A DNA stretch of 29,958 nucleotides from a virus (taxonomy: Duplodnaviria > Caudoviricetes): IMG/VR virus record IMGVR_UViG_3300022923_000071, positions 1 to 29,958 of that record; one strand, given 5' to 3'. Position numbers and translations under genes: made by a program. Within the stretch, counting starts at the first letter, position 1, and each line of letters starts with the position of its first letter. The notes under the pieces are model-generated. The model made no database searches. It was not told where the DNA came from and saw only the letters and a program-made list of their open reading frames with translations. Below, in pieces: positions 19,173-28,507 of the stretch.

Positions 19173-19201
19173 ACTATAGCGTAAATTTGTTTATTTGTCA
19201 A
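19173..19201 (-). promoter_or_regulatory. Sigma70-type (early) promoter for the DUF3310 gene
   Basis: Minus strand TTGACA (19201-19196), 17-nt spacer, TATAGT (19178-19173). Confidence 0.75.
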
Positions 19202-19254
19202 CCATTAAATACATAGTTAACTGCTATTTTGACGGTATTTTGCCCTATTTTCAC

Positions 19255-19260
19255 TAAATA
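19255..19260 (+). promoter_or_regulatory. Late promoter motif upstream of the tail sheath gene
   Basis: cacTAAATAc, followed by a GAGGAG RBS at 19285-19290. A second TAAATA lies at 19206-19211. Confidence 0.65.
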
Positions 19261-19298
19261 CAAATAGCAACAAGATAACCCAATGAGGAGAAATTAAA

Positions 19299-22200
19299 AT
19301 GGCATTGACATCACCAGGTGTACAGGTTAGCGTAATTGACGAGAGTTTTTATACTCCGGCTGAACCGGGTACAACACCACTAATTTTTGTAGCTACAAAA
19401 CAAGATAAAGCAAATCCAGGTGGCACAGGAATAGCACCTGGTACTACTAAAGCAAACGCAGGTAAAGTGTATTTAATGAGTTCACAAAGAGAACTTGCTG
19501 AAACATTTGGCGATCCGCTTTTTTATACAGATGCTAGTAGTAATCCTATCCATGGCGGCGAGCAAAACGAATATGGTTTACAAGCTGCTTATTCATATTT
19601 AGGCGTAGCTAACAGAGCATATGTTGTAAGACCAGATGTAGATTTAGGTGCCTTGACAGGCAGTGCTACAGAAGTGACTGGCGATCCTGCTAATGGAGCA
19701 TGGTGGTTTGATACTGACGACACAAAATATGGAATTTTTGAATGGAATGGCGAAGCAGCTAGTTCAACTAATGGTCAAACTTTTACAAACAAAGTTCCTT
19801 TAACAATTACTGATACAACTAAAGTTGTAGATTACTCAGGGGCAGATTACACGCCAAAAACTAGTGTAGGCGCTGTTGGAGATTATGCTATTGTTGCTGT
19901 AACAAACATTAATCGTTTGTGGTATAAAAACTCCGGCGGAACATGGGTAGAAGTTGGTTCTACAAATTGGATTGGTTCATGGCCATTTGCTGTAGGAAAC
20001 ACAGCAAATGCTGTAGGAAACACTGGTACTATTGTGTTTACTATCAATGGTGCTGCTACAACTGTTACTACAACAGGAACAACAATTAACCAAATCGTAA
20101 GTGATATTAACGCTGACGCAGGCGCAACATCAGCAGGTATTAGCGCAAGTGCAGCCGGCGGTGTACTTAACTTGTTCTATGACGGAACAGGTGGATTTGC
20201 CGCAGTAACAATGTCAACAACAAATGATGTTTTAACAGACGCAGGTATAACATCAGCAACATATCAAAGACCAACACTAGCAATTGATCCACATACAAAT
20301 GTGCCAGCTTGGAAAACTAGAGATGCTGGTCCAAGACCAACAGGAAGTGTTTGGATTAAAACAACTAATCCAAATCTTGGTGCTTCTTATAGTGTAAAAC
20401 AATGGAGTTCAACTTCAAGTTCTTGGTCAACAAGTTCAGCACCACTGTACGACAGCAATCACGCAGCATTAGCAGCAATTGATAGCACAGGCGGCGGAAT
20501 GAATATACCAGCAGGAGCTGTCTATGTAAGAACTAATGTAGCTGAAGCAACTGTACCAGTAGCAAGTTCTCAACTTTATGTTAGACAATCAGCTGGCGCA
20601 ACTACTGTTACAAGTGCTGCTATTACAGCAAGCACTTACACAGCAGCAGCTCATACATTTACATTAAGCGAGTCAACTGTAGGAAGTTCAGCAATGAGTT
20701 CGCCAGTTACAGTATCATTTACTGCTACAGCAGCAGTATCAGATGCTGATTTAATAGCCGGACAAATTAACGCCGCAGGACTTACAAATGTAAGTGCTAC
20801 TGTAAACAGTAAAAATCAACTTGTTATTTCACACAGCAAAGGTGGAGAAATTAGAATTGTTGATGGTACAAATACACCAATGAATAGTATATTTACAGCA
20901 TTTGATGCTACTATTCCAACAAGCACTTCTAATTTGTATTATGTACCTGGTACTTCAAGTGCTACTAATCCAAAACAATTTATGGCAAGTAACTGGAATG
21001 TATTAACATATACAGCAAAAGCAACTGCTCCGACAGCAACTCCTGAAACAGGTGCGCTATGGTATAGCAGTGTTGTAGACGAAGTTGATTTAATGATTCA
21101 TAACGGAACTACATGGGTTGGTTATCATAACTATGATCATAACGGCGACGGAAACGTTGGCGGTTCGAGTGCTCTTGATCCAGCAGGACCAATTGTATCA
21201 GCTAGTGCTCCAACTGTACAAAGTGATAATACAGCATTAGTCGAAGGTGATGTATGGATTAGCACAGCAGATTTAGAAAACTATCCAAAAGTGTACAAAT
21301 GGAACAGCGATACTTCAAAGTGGGTATTGTTAGATACATCAGATCAAACAACTGAAGCAGGTGTATTATTTGCTGATGCTCGTTATAACACAGCAGGTGC
21401 TAATAGTGGCACAGCAGGTGCTATTACTGACTTGTTGATTGCTGACTTCTTAGATCCAGATGCTCCAGATCCAGCATTATATCCAAAAGGCATGATTTTA
21501 TGGAACACACGTAGAAGCGGATTTAATGTTAAGCGTTATGTGCGTGATGCTATAGATATTGATTCTACAAACCCTAGAATGTCTGATGCTTCGATGAGCG
21601 GATATTATGCTAATCGTTGGGTTACTGAATCACCTAACAACGCAGACGGTTCAGGTAGCTTTGGACGTAAAGCACAACGTAAAGTTATTGTAAAAGCTCT
21701 ACAAAGCGAAATGAACAGCAACCAAGATATTAGAGATGACGAATCACGTATCTTTAACTTAATTGCTACACCAGGTTATCCAGAACTAATTGGTGAAATG
21801 GTAACACTTAACTCAGCTAGAGGACTTACAGCATTTGTTGTTGGAGACTCTCCAATGAGACTTAGCTCTAGTACAACTGATTTACAAAACTGGTCAACTA
21901 ACGTTGCTCTCGCACCAGAGGACAATGATGACGGTCTTGTAACAAGTGATGAATATTTAGGTGTATATTATCCAAGTGGATTTACAAGCGATAACGCAGG
22001 TAACAATGTAATTGTTCCAGCATCGCATATGGCACTACGCACTATAGCATTAAATGACCAAGTTGCTTATCCATGGTTTGCTCCAGCAGGAACAAGACGC
22101 GGCGGAGTAACAAATGCTACTGCTACAGGATATATTGATAGCGAAGGCGAATTTGTAAGTGTAGCGTTGAACGAAGGACAGCGTGATACATTATACTCAA

Positions 22201-22604
22201 ATAACGTTAACCCTATTACATTCCTAAACGGAGCAGGATTAGTTGTATTTGGGCAAAAAACAAGAGCAGCTAATGCTAGTGCGCTAGACAGAGTAAATGT
22301 CGCAAGACTTACAGTTTACTTACGTAGTCAACTTAAGAAACTTGCTAAACCATATATCTTTGAACCAAATGATAAAATCACACGTGATGAAATCAAACAG
22401 CAGGTTGAAAGTTTAATGGTAGAGCTTGTAGGACTAAGAGCAATTTTTGACTACTTAGTTGTATGTGACGAAACAAATAATACTCCTGCTAGAATTGATA
22501 GAAACGAGTTATATGTAGATATTGCTATAGAACCAGTAAAAGCAGTAGAATTTATTTACATTCCGCTACGTCTTAAAAACACAGGAGAAATAGCAGGTCT
22601 TTAA
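19299..22604 (+). CDS. gp18: Contractile tail sheath protein (gp18-like), 1101 aa with large insertions
   Basis: N-terminal LTSPGVQVSVIDES; C-terminal PWFAPAGTRRG, LYSNNVNPI, FGQKT...SALDRVNVARL, FEPND..TR, VVCDETNNTP..ID.NEL.VDI.I.PVKAVEFIYI. Confidence 0.97.
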   Translation: MALTSPGVQVSVIDESFYTPAEPGTTPLIFVATKQDKANPGGTGIAPGTTKANAGKVYLMSSQRELAETFGDPLFYTDASSNPIHGGEQNEYGLQAAYSYLGVANRAYVVRPDVDLGALTGSATEVTGDPANGAWWFDTDDTKYGIFEWNGEAASSTNGQTFTNKVPLTITDTTKVVDYSGADYTPKTSVGAVGDYAIVAVTNINRLWYKNSGGTWVEVGSTNWIGSWPFAVGNTANAVGNTGTIVFTINGAATTVTTTGTTINQIVSDINADAGATSAGISASAAGGVLNLFYDGTGGFAAVTMSTTNDVLTDAGITSATYQRPTLAIDPHTNVPAWKTRDAGPRPTGSVWIKTTNPNLGASYSVKQWSSTSSSWSTSSAPLYDSNHAALAAIDSTGGGMNIPAGAVYVRTNVAEATVPVASSQLYVRQSAGATTVTSAAITASTYTAAAHTFTLSESTVGSSAMSSPVTVSFTATAAVSDADLIAGQINAAGLTNVSATVNSKNQLVISHSKGGEIRIVDGTNTPMNSIFTAFDATIPTSTSNLYYVPGTSSATNPKQFMASNWNVLTYTAKATAPTATPETGALWYSSVVDEVDLMIHNGTTWVGYHNYDHNGDGNVGGSSALDPAGPIVSASAPTVQSDNTALVEGDVWISTADLENYPKVYKWNSDTSKWVLLDTSDQTTEAGVLFADARYNTAGANSGTAGAITDLLIADFLDPDAPDPALYPKGMILWNTRRSGFNVKRYVRDAIDIDSTNPRMSDASMSGYYANRWVTESPNNADGSGSFGRKAQRKVIVKALQSEMNSNQDIRDDESRIFNLIATPGYPELIGEMVTLNSARGLTAFVVGDSPMRLSSSTTDLQNWSTNVALAPEDNDDGLVTSDEYLGVYYPSGFTSDNAGNNVIVPASHMALRTIALNDQVAYPWFAPAGTRRGGVTNATATGYIDSEGEFVSVALNEGQRDTLYSNNVNPITFLNGAGLVVFGQKTRAANASALDRVNVARLTVYLRSQLKKLAKPYIFEPNDKITRDEIKQQVESLMVELVGLRAIFDYLVVCDETNNTPARIDRNELYVDIAIEPVKAVEFIYIPLRLKNTGEIAGL

Positions 22605-22611
22605 AAATAGT

Positions 22612-22631
22612 GGGGCAGCGCAAGTTGCCCC
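22612..22631 (+). terminator. GC-rich hairpin with GCAA tetraloop after the sheath gene
   Basis: GGGGCAGC-GCAA-GTTGCCCC with a weak U-tract, followed by the late motif GATAAATA at 22638-22645. Confidence 0.55.
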
Positions 22632-22637
22632 TATTAT

Positions 22638-22645
22638 GATAAATA
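22638..22645 (+). promoter_or_regulatory. Late promoter motif for the tail tube gene
   Basis: GATAAATA, then an AGGAG RBS and ATG 22666. Confidence 0.7.
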
Positions 22646-22665
22646 CTTGTGAATAGGAGTAATAA

Positions 22666-23289
22666 ATGGCAATCTCATCTTTATCAAAACTAACAGTTCC
22701 ATTAGCAACAAGTGACAGCGCAAGCAGTCAAGGTTTGCTTATGCCAAAACTTCAATATCGTTTTCGTGTTACACTAGAAAACTTTGGAGTTTCAACACCA
22801 ACAACTGAATTAACAAAACAAGTTATGGACGTTACTAGACCAAACTTAACTTTTGAAAACATGGAAATTCCTGTATACAATAGTAAAGTTTATCTAGCAG
22901 GTAAGCACACATGGAACCCACTATCATTAAATTTACGTGAAGATATTAACAACAACGTACAAAAATTAGTTGGTGAACAACTACAGAAACAATTTGACTT
23001 TATGGAGCAAGCAAGTGCTAACAGTGGTCAAGATTACAAGTTTGTTACACGTATTGAAATACTCGATGGCGGTAACGGAGCAACTGGAGTACAAGTATTA
23101 GAAACTTGGGAATGTTATGGTTGTTTCATCACAGAAGCAAACTACAACAGTTTAGCATATGCCAACAACGATCCGGTAAATGTTACACTAAGTATTCAAT
23201 ATGACAACGCAATCCAAACTCCAGAAAATACTGGGTTAGGAACAGCAGTTGGCAGAACACTAGGAACAAACGTAACTGGCGGCGGCTAA
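22666..23289 (+). CDS. gp19: Tail tube protein (gp19-like)
   Basis: Directly follows the sheath gene. PKLQYRFRV, RPNLTFE..EI..YNSKVYLAGKHTW, W...GCFI...NY..L.Y....V..TLSIQYD pattern. Confidence 0.9.
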   Translation: MAISSLSKLTVPLATSDSASSQGLLMPKLQYRFRVTLENFGVSTPTTELTKQVMDVTRPNLTFENMEIPVYNSKVYLAGKHTWNPLSLNLREDINNNVQKLVGEQLQKQFDFMEQASANSGQDYKFVTRIEILDGGNGATGVQVLETWECYGCFITEANYNSLAYANNDPVNVTLSIQYDNAIQTPENTGLGTAVGRTLGTNVTGGG

Positions 23290-23317
23290 TAAAAATTAGA
23301 AGATTGCCAATTAATTT

Positions 23318-23350
23318 AGGAGTATATTTTTTTAATATACTCCTTTTTTA
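23318..23350 (+). terminator. Rho-independent terminator
   Basis: AGGAGTATATT-ttttt-AATATACTCCT followed by a T-tract. Confidence 0.8.
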
Positions 23351-23385
23351 TTTTCTACGCAGTTAATTAATAGGATAAATACAAT

Positions 23386-24468
23386 ATGGCTAATCCGTTC
23401 TCAGGTTTTTTTGATAATTTAATTAGTGGTGCTTTGAGTCCAAAAGGAAACTTAGCAGACTATCAACATGCGAGTCGTATATATGTTGACGGCAATATGC
23501 GATTGGCTCCTAAACTACCTCATCTATTCCATGTGGTTTTAAATATTGATCCTAATATACCTATTAGTTCAAACGATGCTCTTAACAATACTGTAAAAAG
23601 AGAAATAAATGTACTGTGTAAGTCAGTAGATTTGCCTAATTATAATGTAGATGTACAAGTTTTAAATCAATATAATAGGAAAAAAGTACATCAAACTGCT
23701 GTAAACTATGCTCCGGTAAACATGACATGGCATGACGATAATGCTGGATTAACAAATTTTTTATGGAAAAGTTATTTTAATTATTATTATAGTGATGCTA
23801 GTCATACACAGCCAAATGGCACATCTCCTGAAATACATGATCCAGCTTTACTAAGGATTGATAATAAAAATAATGCGTACAGTAATGGTGAAAACTTTGA
23901 TTATAGATATGGTTTAGATAGACCAGGAAAAAGCAATAACTTTTTTACTAGTATTCAAGTATTCCAATTACACCCAGAAAACGGACAACCTACTAATACT
24001 AGCTTTACATATTTTAATCCACTCATCGAAACATGGAATCATAATAGTGTAAATATCGAAGGCGGTCAATTTAAAGAAAACACAATGAGATTTTCTTATG
24101 AATCAGTAGTAATGGATAGACATTTAACACAACCAGGTGTAAATCCAAAAACATTTGGTGAAGGTAGATATGATACTGTATCAAGTCCTCTTACAATACA
24201 AGGCGGTGGCGGCAGTAGTTTCTTTGGCACTGGCGGTGTATTAGCAGGCACAGAATCTACAATTAATAACCTCCAGCAAGGTAATGTATTGGGCGCACTT
24301 ATTACAGGAGCAAATACTTTTAGAAATGCTCAAAATTTATCCTTTGGTGGACTTATTACTGAACTAGCAACAGGTATAGAAAATGTAGCTGTAAACCAAA
24401 TAAACAATACAAACTTTCCTTCCAACAACAACCAAAATCAAACACAAGCACTTCCAAAGGTATTTTAA
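23386..24468 (+). CDS. Tail tube-fold protein (tube initiator / baseplate junction, gp54/gp48-like)
   Basis: LCKSVDLP.Y......NQYNRK......V.Y.PVNMTWHDD and ..M.FSYE motifs typical of tube paralogues. Gly-rich C-terminal tail. GATAAATA ends 4 nt before the ATG. Confidence 0.65.
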   Translation: MANPFSGFFDNLISGALSPKGNLADYQHASRIYVDGNMRLAPKLPHLFHVVLNIDPNIPISSNDALNNTVKREINVLCKSVDLPNYNVDVQVLNQYNRKKVHQTAVNYAPVNMTWHDDNAGLTNFLWKSYFNYYYSDASHTQPNGTSPEIHDPALLRIDNKNNAYSNGENFDYRYGLDRPGKSNNFFTSIQVFQLHPENGQPTNTSFTYFNPLIETWNHNSVNIEGGQFKENTMRFSYESVVMDRHLTQPGVNPKTFGEGRYDTVSSPLTIQGGGGSSFFGTGGVLAGTESTINNLQQGNVLGALITGANTFRNAQNLSFGGLITELATGIENVAVNQINNTNFPSNNNQNQTQALPKVF

Positions 24469-24470
24469 CA

Positions 24471-24842
24471 ATGACAGATATAGTAAATACAAATGTAGCT
24501 TTAAATGATACTATTGTTAAAAGCAAAGAATTCTTTTTTAATTACGAAAAAGAAGCAATTAGTTATCCTAGTAATCAAGTAGATGCTGTAGTAGGGTTTT
24601 TTGAGTCAAGAGGATTTGAAAAAACTGCTGCGATATCAACTGCTACAATTTTATTAAGACAAGCAAAAATTGACAATGTAAAAGTTATGGAATTGTTAGA
24701 TCAATTAAAAAGTTTTGACGATGTAAAACTTAACAACCTTATTGGCGCAATTTTAAACACTAATAGAAGTGCTATTAGCAAACTGGGATTTGTTACTGAA
24801 CCTACAGAAGAAAATGTAATTACTCGTAACATAGTGGTATAA
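24471..24842 (+). CDS. Hypothetical protein (123 aa)
   Basis: Tightly packed ORF with a TAATG overlap with the next gene. Confidence 0.8.
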   Translation: MTDIVNTNVALNDTIVKSKEFFFNYEKEAISYPSNQVDAVVGFFESRGFEKTAAISTATILLRQAKIDNVKVMELLDQLKSFDDVKLNNLIGAILNTNRSAISKLGFVTEPTEENVITRNIVV

Positions 24843-25276
24843 TGGCAAAATATGCTCAAGGCAAATACACCGTAAAAAATAAAGAAAAATATCTCGGTAA
24901 CAGACAGCCAACTTACAGAAGTAGTTGGGAATTTGCTTTTATGAAATTTTGTGACGAACATCCTAGTGTAGCCAAATGGGCTAGTGAAGCTATTAAAATT
25001 CCTTATAGAAATCCATTTACTGGAAAACAAACAATTTATGTTCCAGACTTTTTTGTTGTGTATGTTGACAGAACAGGCAAGCAACATGTAGAAGTTGTAG
25101 AAGTAAAGCCATACAACCAAACAGTAAAAGAAAAAGCTCGCAGTAAACACAATCAAGCCCACTGGGCATTGAATCAAGTAAAATGGGCTGCGGCAAATGC
25201 TTATTGTAAACAAAATGGTATGAAGTTTAGAGTGGTAAGTGAAAATGATATTTTCCACTCTGGTCGTAGAGGATAA
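24842..25276 (+). CDS. gp4: Head completion nuclease (T4 gp4-like, TnsA N-terminal / PD-(D/E)xK fold)
   Basis: N.EKY.G....YRSSWE..FM.FCD......WASE...IPY......YVPDF...VEVKP...N..KW.AA..YC signature. Confidence 0.9.
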   Translation: MAKYAQGKYTVKNKEKYLGNRQPTYRSSWEFAFMKFCDEHPSVAKWASEAIKIPYRNPFTGKQTIYVPDFFVVYVDRTGKQHVEVVEVKPYNQTVKEKARSKHNQAHWALNQVKWAAANAYCKQNGMKFRVVSENDIFHSGRRG

Positions 25277-25292
25277 ATAATAGTAGTATATA

Positions 25293-25796
25293 ATGGAAAC
25301 TACTATGACTAAAAAACTTGAAGATTTGTTAAATTTACCAGATGCTAAGGAAATGATTGCAGAAGAACAATCAAAAAAAGCACAAGAAGCAATCGTAGAA
25401 CAAGAAGATACTATTCGCGACATAGCTGAGTTTGATAAAATTAATTCTGCTTTGCCACAAGTTAAAGGACTAGGTGAACTAGCAGACAAAGAATTAAACG
25501 AGGTATCTGAAAAAGCAATGCAAGCATATGAAGACCTTATGGATTTAGGTATGAACGTAGAAAGCCGTTATAGTGGTAGAGTTTTTGAAGTAGCTGGCAC
25601 TATGTTAAAAACAAACCTTGATGCTAAAGTTGCTAAGTTAGATAAGAAACTAAAAATGGTAGAATTACAACTTAAAAAAGAAAAACTAGACAAAGATAGC
25701 TTTAGCCCAACTGGTATTACAGAAGGCGAAGGCTATGTTGTAACAGATAGAAATAGTCTATTAGAGCGTCTTAAAGCAGTAGATAAAGATAAATAA
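25293..25796 (+). CDS. terS: Probable terminase small subunit (gp16-like)
   Basis: Helical protein with RVFEVAGTMLK, resembling the PRxxEV motif of T4-like TerS, and a C-terminal V.TDR..LL motif. Lies near TerL. Alternative start at 25305. Confidence 0.65.
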   Translation: METTMTKKLEDLLNLPDAKEMIAEEQSKKAQEAIVEQEDTIRDIAEFDKINSALPQVKGLGELADKELNEVSEKAMQAYEDLMDLGMNVESRYSGRVFEVAGTMLKTNLDAKVAKLDKKLKMVELQLKKEKLDKDSFSPTGITEGEGYVVTDRNSLLERLKAVDKDK

Positions 25797-25816
25797 CATA
25801 TAACAGGACTATAACA

Positions 25817-26365
25817 ATGAAAAAATTTAGTGAATATCTAACTGAAACACATAAAGTATACCCTTTTAAAATTGGTATTGCTGGCGATCTTCCAGAAGGT
25901 TGCGAAGACAATCTAAAAAGATGTTTAGAAAAATTTGCTGTAAAAAGTTTATCAGCAGCAAAGAAAACACCAATACAGGAACGTCCTTTAGATTTTCCAC
26001 AACTGGAAAACATTGATGTACGTTACTACGAAGCAGAATTACAGTATCCAAGCACACCTGATGCTATTCAAGAATACATTGGTAACTGCTGCGGAGTTGA
26101 ACAAAGTAATATTATCGTTAGAAGTCCAACTGATCCTAGAGAAGAATATCAAGAAAAGAAAGAAGATAAAGAATACGAACCAATGCTTACAACTGAAGAA
26201 TTGGATGCTATGCCCGCACAAGAACAAGTAGGCGGACAACGTATAATGGATCTATTAAAAGAATTAGAAACAGCACGTAAAGAAAGAGACGATGCTCAGC
26301 CAGGTTTTGAAATGGAAAAACCAGCGCAAGATTCTACAAACACAGAAAGCGTAGTAGGGAGCTAA
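25817..26365 (+). CDS. Hypothetical head-associated protein with capsid-targeting-like N-terminus
   Basis: Starts MKKFSEYLTE, similar to the T4 internal-protein leader MKTYQEFIAE. Late motif GATAAATA at 25788-25795 and AGGA RBS. Confidence 0.7.
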   Translation: MKKFSEYLTETHKVYPFKIGIAGDLPEGCEDNLKRCLEKFAVKSLSAAKKTPIQERPLDFPQLENIDVRYYEAELQYPSTPDAIQEYIGNCCGVEQSNIIVRSPTDPREEYQEKKEDKEYEPMLTTEELDAMPAQEQVGGQRIMDLLKELETARKERDDAQPGFEMEKPAQDSTNTESVVGS

Positions 26366-26367
26366 AA

Positions 26368-26859
26368 ATGAGTAACATGCTAGATATATTAAGAAACTTT
26401 GATGCTGTTGAAAAATCAGTAGCAGAATGTCCACCTGAAATGGACGGACAAATGGGCGCAGCACCAGCGCCTGGTATTAACATACAATTGGATAATGCTG
26501 GTCAAATGGCACAACTACTTCAAGCGTTACAAGCAGTTCAGCAAGGTGAAGCACAAGAAGAAGAAGTTGAAGAATACGATAACGAGCCAGAAGAAGAATA
26601 CATGGATCTAGATGCTGTATTACCAAGCGGCGACGATCTTCATAAAAAGAAAACAATGCACAAGGCACAAGCAATGGGCGACAATCCAATGGCAATGGAA
26701 AGCATTAAAGATCGTTTATGGGCAGCACTTAATGAAAAGAAAGCAAAGCCAGACTTTTTAGATATGGATAAAGACGGCGACAAAAAAGAGCCAATGAAAA
26801 AAGCCATTAAAGATAAAAAAGCAAAAAAAGGCAAGGTGCCTCCACAGTTTAAAAAATAA
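26368..26859 (+). CDS. Acidic/basic low-complexity protein, probable prohead core or internal protein, with DxDxDG loop
   Basis: Glu-rich centre, Lys-rich C-terminus containing PDFLDMDKDGDKKEPMKKA, and a GGGAG RBS. Confidence 0.7.
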   Translation: MSNMLDILRNFDAVEKSVAECPPEMDGQMGAAPAPGINIQLDNAGQMAQLLQALQAVQQGEAQEEEVEEYDNEPEEEYMDLDAVLPSGDDLHKKKTMHKAQAMGDNPMAMESIKDRLWAALNEKKAKPDFLDMDKDGDKKEPMKKAIKDKKAKKGKVPPQFKK

Positions 26860-26879
26860 CGTATCCCCCCAGATACTTC

Positions 26880-26906
26880 AATAGCGCCTGATGGCGCTAT
26901 TTTTTT
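26880..26906 (+). terminator. Rho-independent terminator
   Basis: AATAGCGCC-tgat-GGCGCTATT followed by a T-run. Confidence 0.88.
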
Positions 26907-26909
26907 GAA

Positions 26910-26915
26910 TAAATA
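26910..26915 (+). promoter_or_regulatory. Late promoter motif for terL
   Basis: aaTAAATA immediately after the terminator and 5 nt before ATG 26921, with no Shine-Dalgarno. Confidence 0.7.
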
Positions 26916-26920
26916 TTATT

Positions 26921-28507
26921 ATGGCAACATCATTAGACGGCGTATTAATAAAAAAAGCCAATAAACAAGAACAATATAGTGAAGAACAAATTGATCACTT
27001 ATTGAAGTGTATGGATCCTGATACAGGGTACTTGTACTTTGCTGAACATTTTGCTAATATTCAACACCCAGTACAAGGCAAATTGTTATTTGAACCTTAC
27101 AAGTATCAACTAGGTTTATTAGAAAGCTATCATAAGTATAGATTTAATATTAACATGATGCCTAGGCAAACAGGTAAAACTACATGTGCCAGTATCTATT
27201 TAACATGGTATGCTATGTTTACTTCAGATCAAACTATATTAATTGCTGCTCACAAATATACAGGTGCTCAAGAGATAATGCAACGTATTCGTTATGTATA
27301 CGAAACATGTCCTGATTTTATAAGAGCCGGTGTTACTAGTTATAACAAAGGAAGTATCGAATTTGAAAATGGCAGTAGAATTATAAGTCAAACAACGACA
27401 GGAAATACAGGACGTGGTTTATCTATCTCGTTATTATATTGTGACGAGTTTGCGTTTGTACAACCGAATATTGCCGAAGAGTTTTGGACATCAATTTCTC
27501 CTACACTAGCAACAGGTGGTCGTGCTATTCTTACAAGCACACCAAACAGTGATGAAGATACATTTGCTACAATTTGGAAACAAGCAGAAGACAAGTTTGA
27601 TGAATACGGCAATGAAAATGACACAGGACGCAATGGCTTTCATGCTTTCCGTGCAGATTGGTGGGAACATCCAGATAGAGATGACAAATGGAAATCTGCT
27701 GAAATTGGACGTATTGGCGAAGAAAAATTTAGACGTGAATATGGCTGTGAATTTCTTGTTTTTGATGAAACATTAATTAACAGTATTAAACTTTCTGCTA
27801 TGGAAGGTATAAATCCTACACTAAACATGGGGCAAGTACGCTGGTATTCAAAAATTGATCCGGATAAAAACTATGCTGTAGGTTTAGATCCTAGTATGGG
27901 TACAGGCGGAGATTATGCTGCTATACAAGTTGTAGAATTACCAACTTATAAACAGGTAGCTGAATGGCAGCACAATATTACTGCCATACCTGGACAAATA
28001 AGAGTACTTAAAGATATTTGCCAATACTTAGCAGACCAACGCGGCAGTGATAATGGTGTATATTGGAGTGTTGAAAACAATGGAATTGGAGAAGCATGTT
28101 TACTCGTTATAAACGATTTTGGGGAAGAGAATATACCAGGACTATTTGTGTCTGAACCTATTCGCAAAGGACATGTACGTAAATTTAGAAAAGGTTTTAA
28201 CACTACACATAGCAGCAAAGTTACAGCATGTAGCCGATTGAAAACAATGGTTGAAAACGATCAATTGATTGTTAAGAGTAAACCTTTTATAAGTGAACTT
28301 AAAGGATATATTGCTCAAGGTAGTAGCTATCAAGCAAAGCCTGGTATGACCGATGATTTAGTTAGTAGTATGTTACTAGTTCTACGCATGATAAGTGTAA
28401 TGAAAGACTGGGATCCTACGATATACAATACCTTTACACAGATGGAAAGTGGCTATGATAATGACTACGAATTGCCCATGCCTATCTTTGTAAGTGGCAA
28501 CTATTGA
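26921..28507 (+). CDS. terL: Terminase large subunit (T4 gp17-like)
   Basis: Walker A PRQTGKTT, Walker B LLYCDEFAFV, coupling motif TSTPN, FRREYGCEF, and RNase H-like nuclease motifs GLDPSMG..GDY and DDLV. Confidence 0.97.
   Translation: MATSLDGVLIKKANKQEQYSEEQIDHLLKCMDPDTGYLYFAEHFANIQHPVQGKLLFEPYKYQLGLLESYHKYRFNINMMPRQTGKTTCASIYLTWYAMFTSDQTILIAAHKYTGAQEIMQRIRYVYETCPDFIRAGVTSYNKGSIEFENGSRIISQTTTGNTGRGLSISLLYCDEFAFVQPNIAEEFWTSISPTLATGGRAILTSTPNSDEDTFATIWKQAEDKFDEYGNENDTGRNGFHAFRADWWEHPDRDDKWKSAEIGRIGEEKFRREYGCEFLVFDETLINSIKLSAMEGINPTLNMGQVRWYSKIDPDKNYAVGLDPSMGTGGDYAAIQVVELPTYKQVAEWQHNITAIPGQIRVLKDICQYLADQRGSDNGVYWSVENNGIGEACLLVINDFGEENIPGLFVSEPIRKGHVRKFRKGFNTTHSSKVTACSRLKTMVENDQLIVKSKPFISELKGYIAQGSSYQAKPGMTDDLVSSMLLVLRMISVMKDWDPTIYNTFTQMESGYDNDYELPMPIFVSGNY

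Noticed and set aside
24842-25276. TnsA-like nuclease as a sign of a Tn7 transposon or homing endonuclease
   Set aside because: Its motifs and context match the T4 gp4 head-completion protein, and no other transposition genes or element ends are present.
24701-25489. 262-aa minus-strand ORF
   Set aside because: It is antisense to three well-supported genes (hypothetical, gp4, TerS) and has no plausible protein features.
26861-26876. GTATC-ccccca-GATAC mini hairpin with a C-run before the terminator
   Set aside because: The stem is only 5 bp, so no function can be supported.
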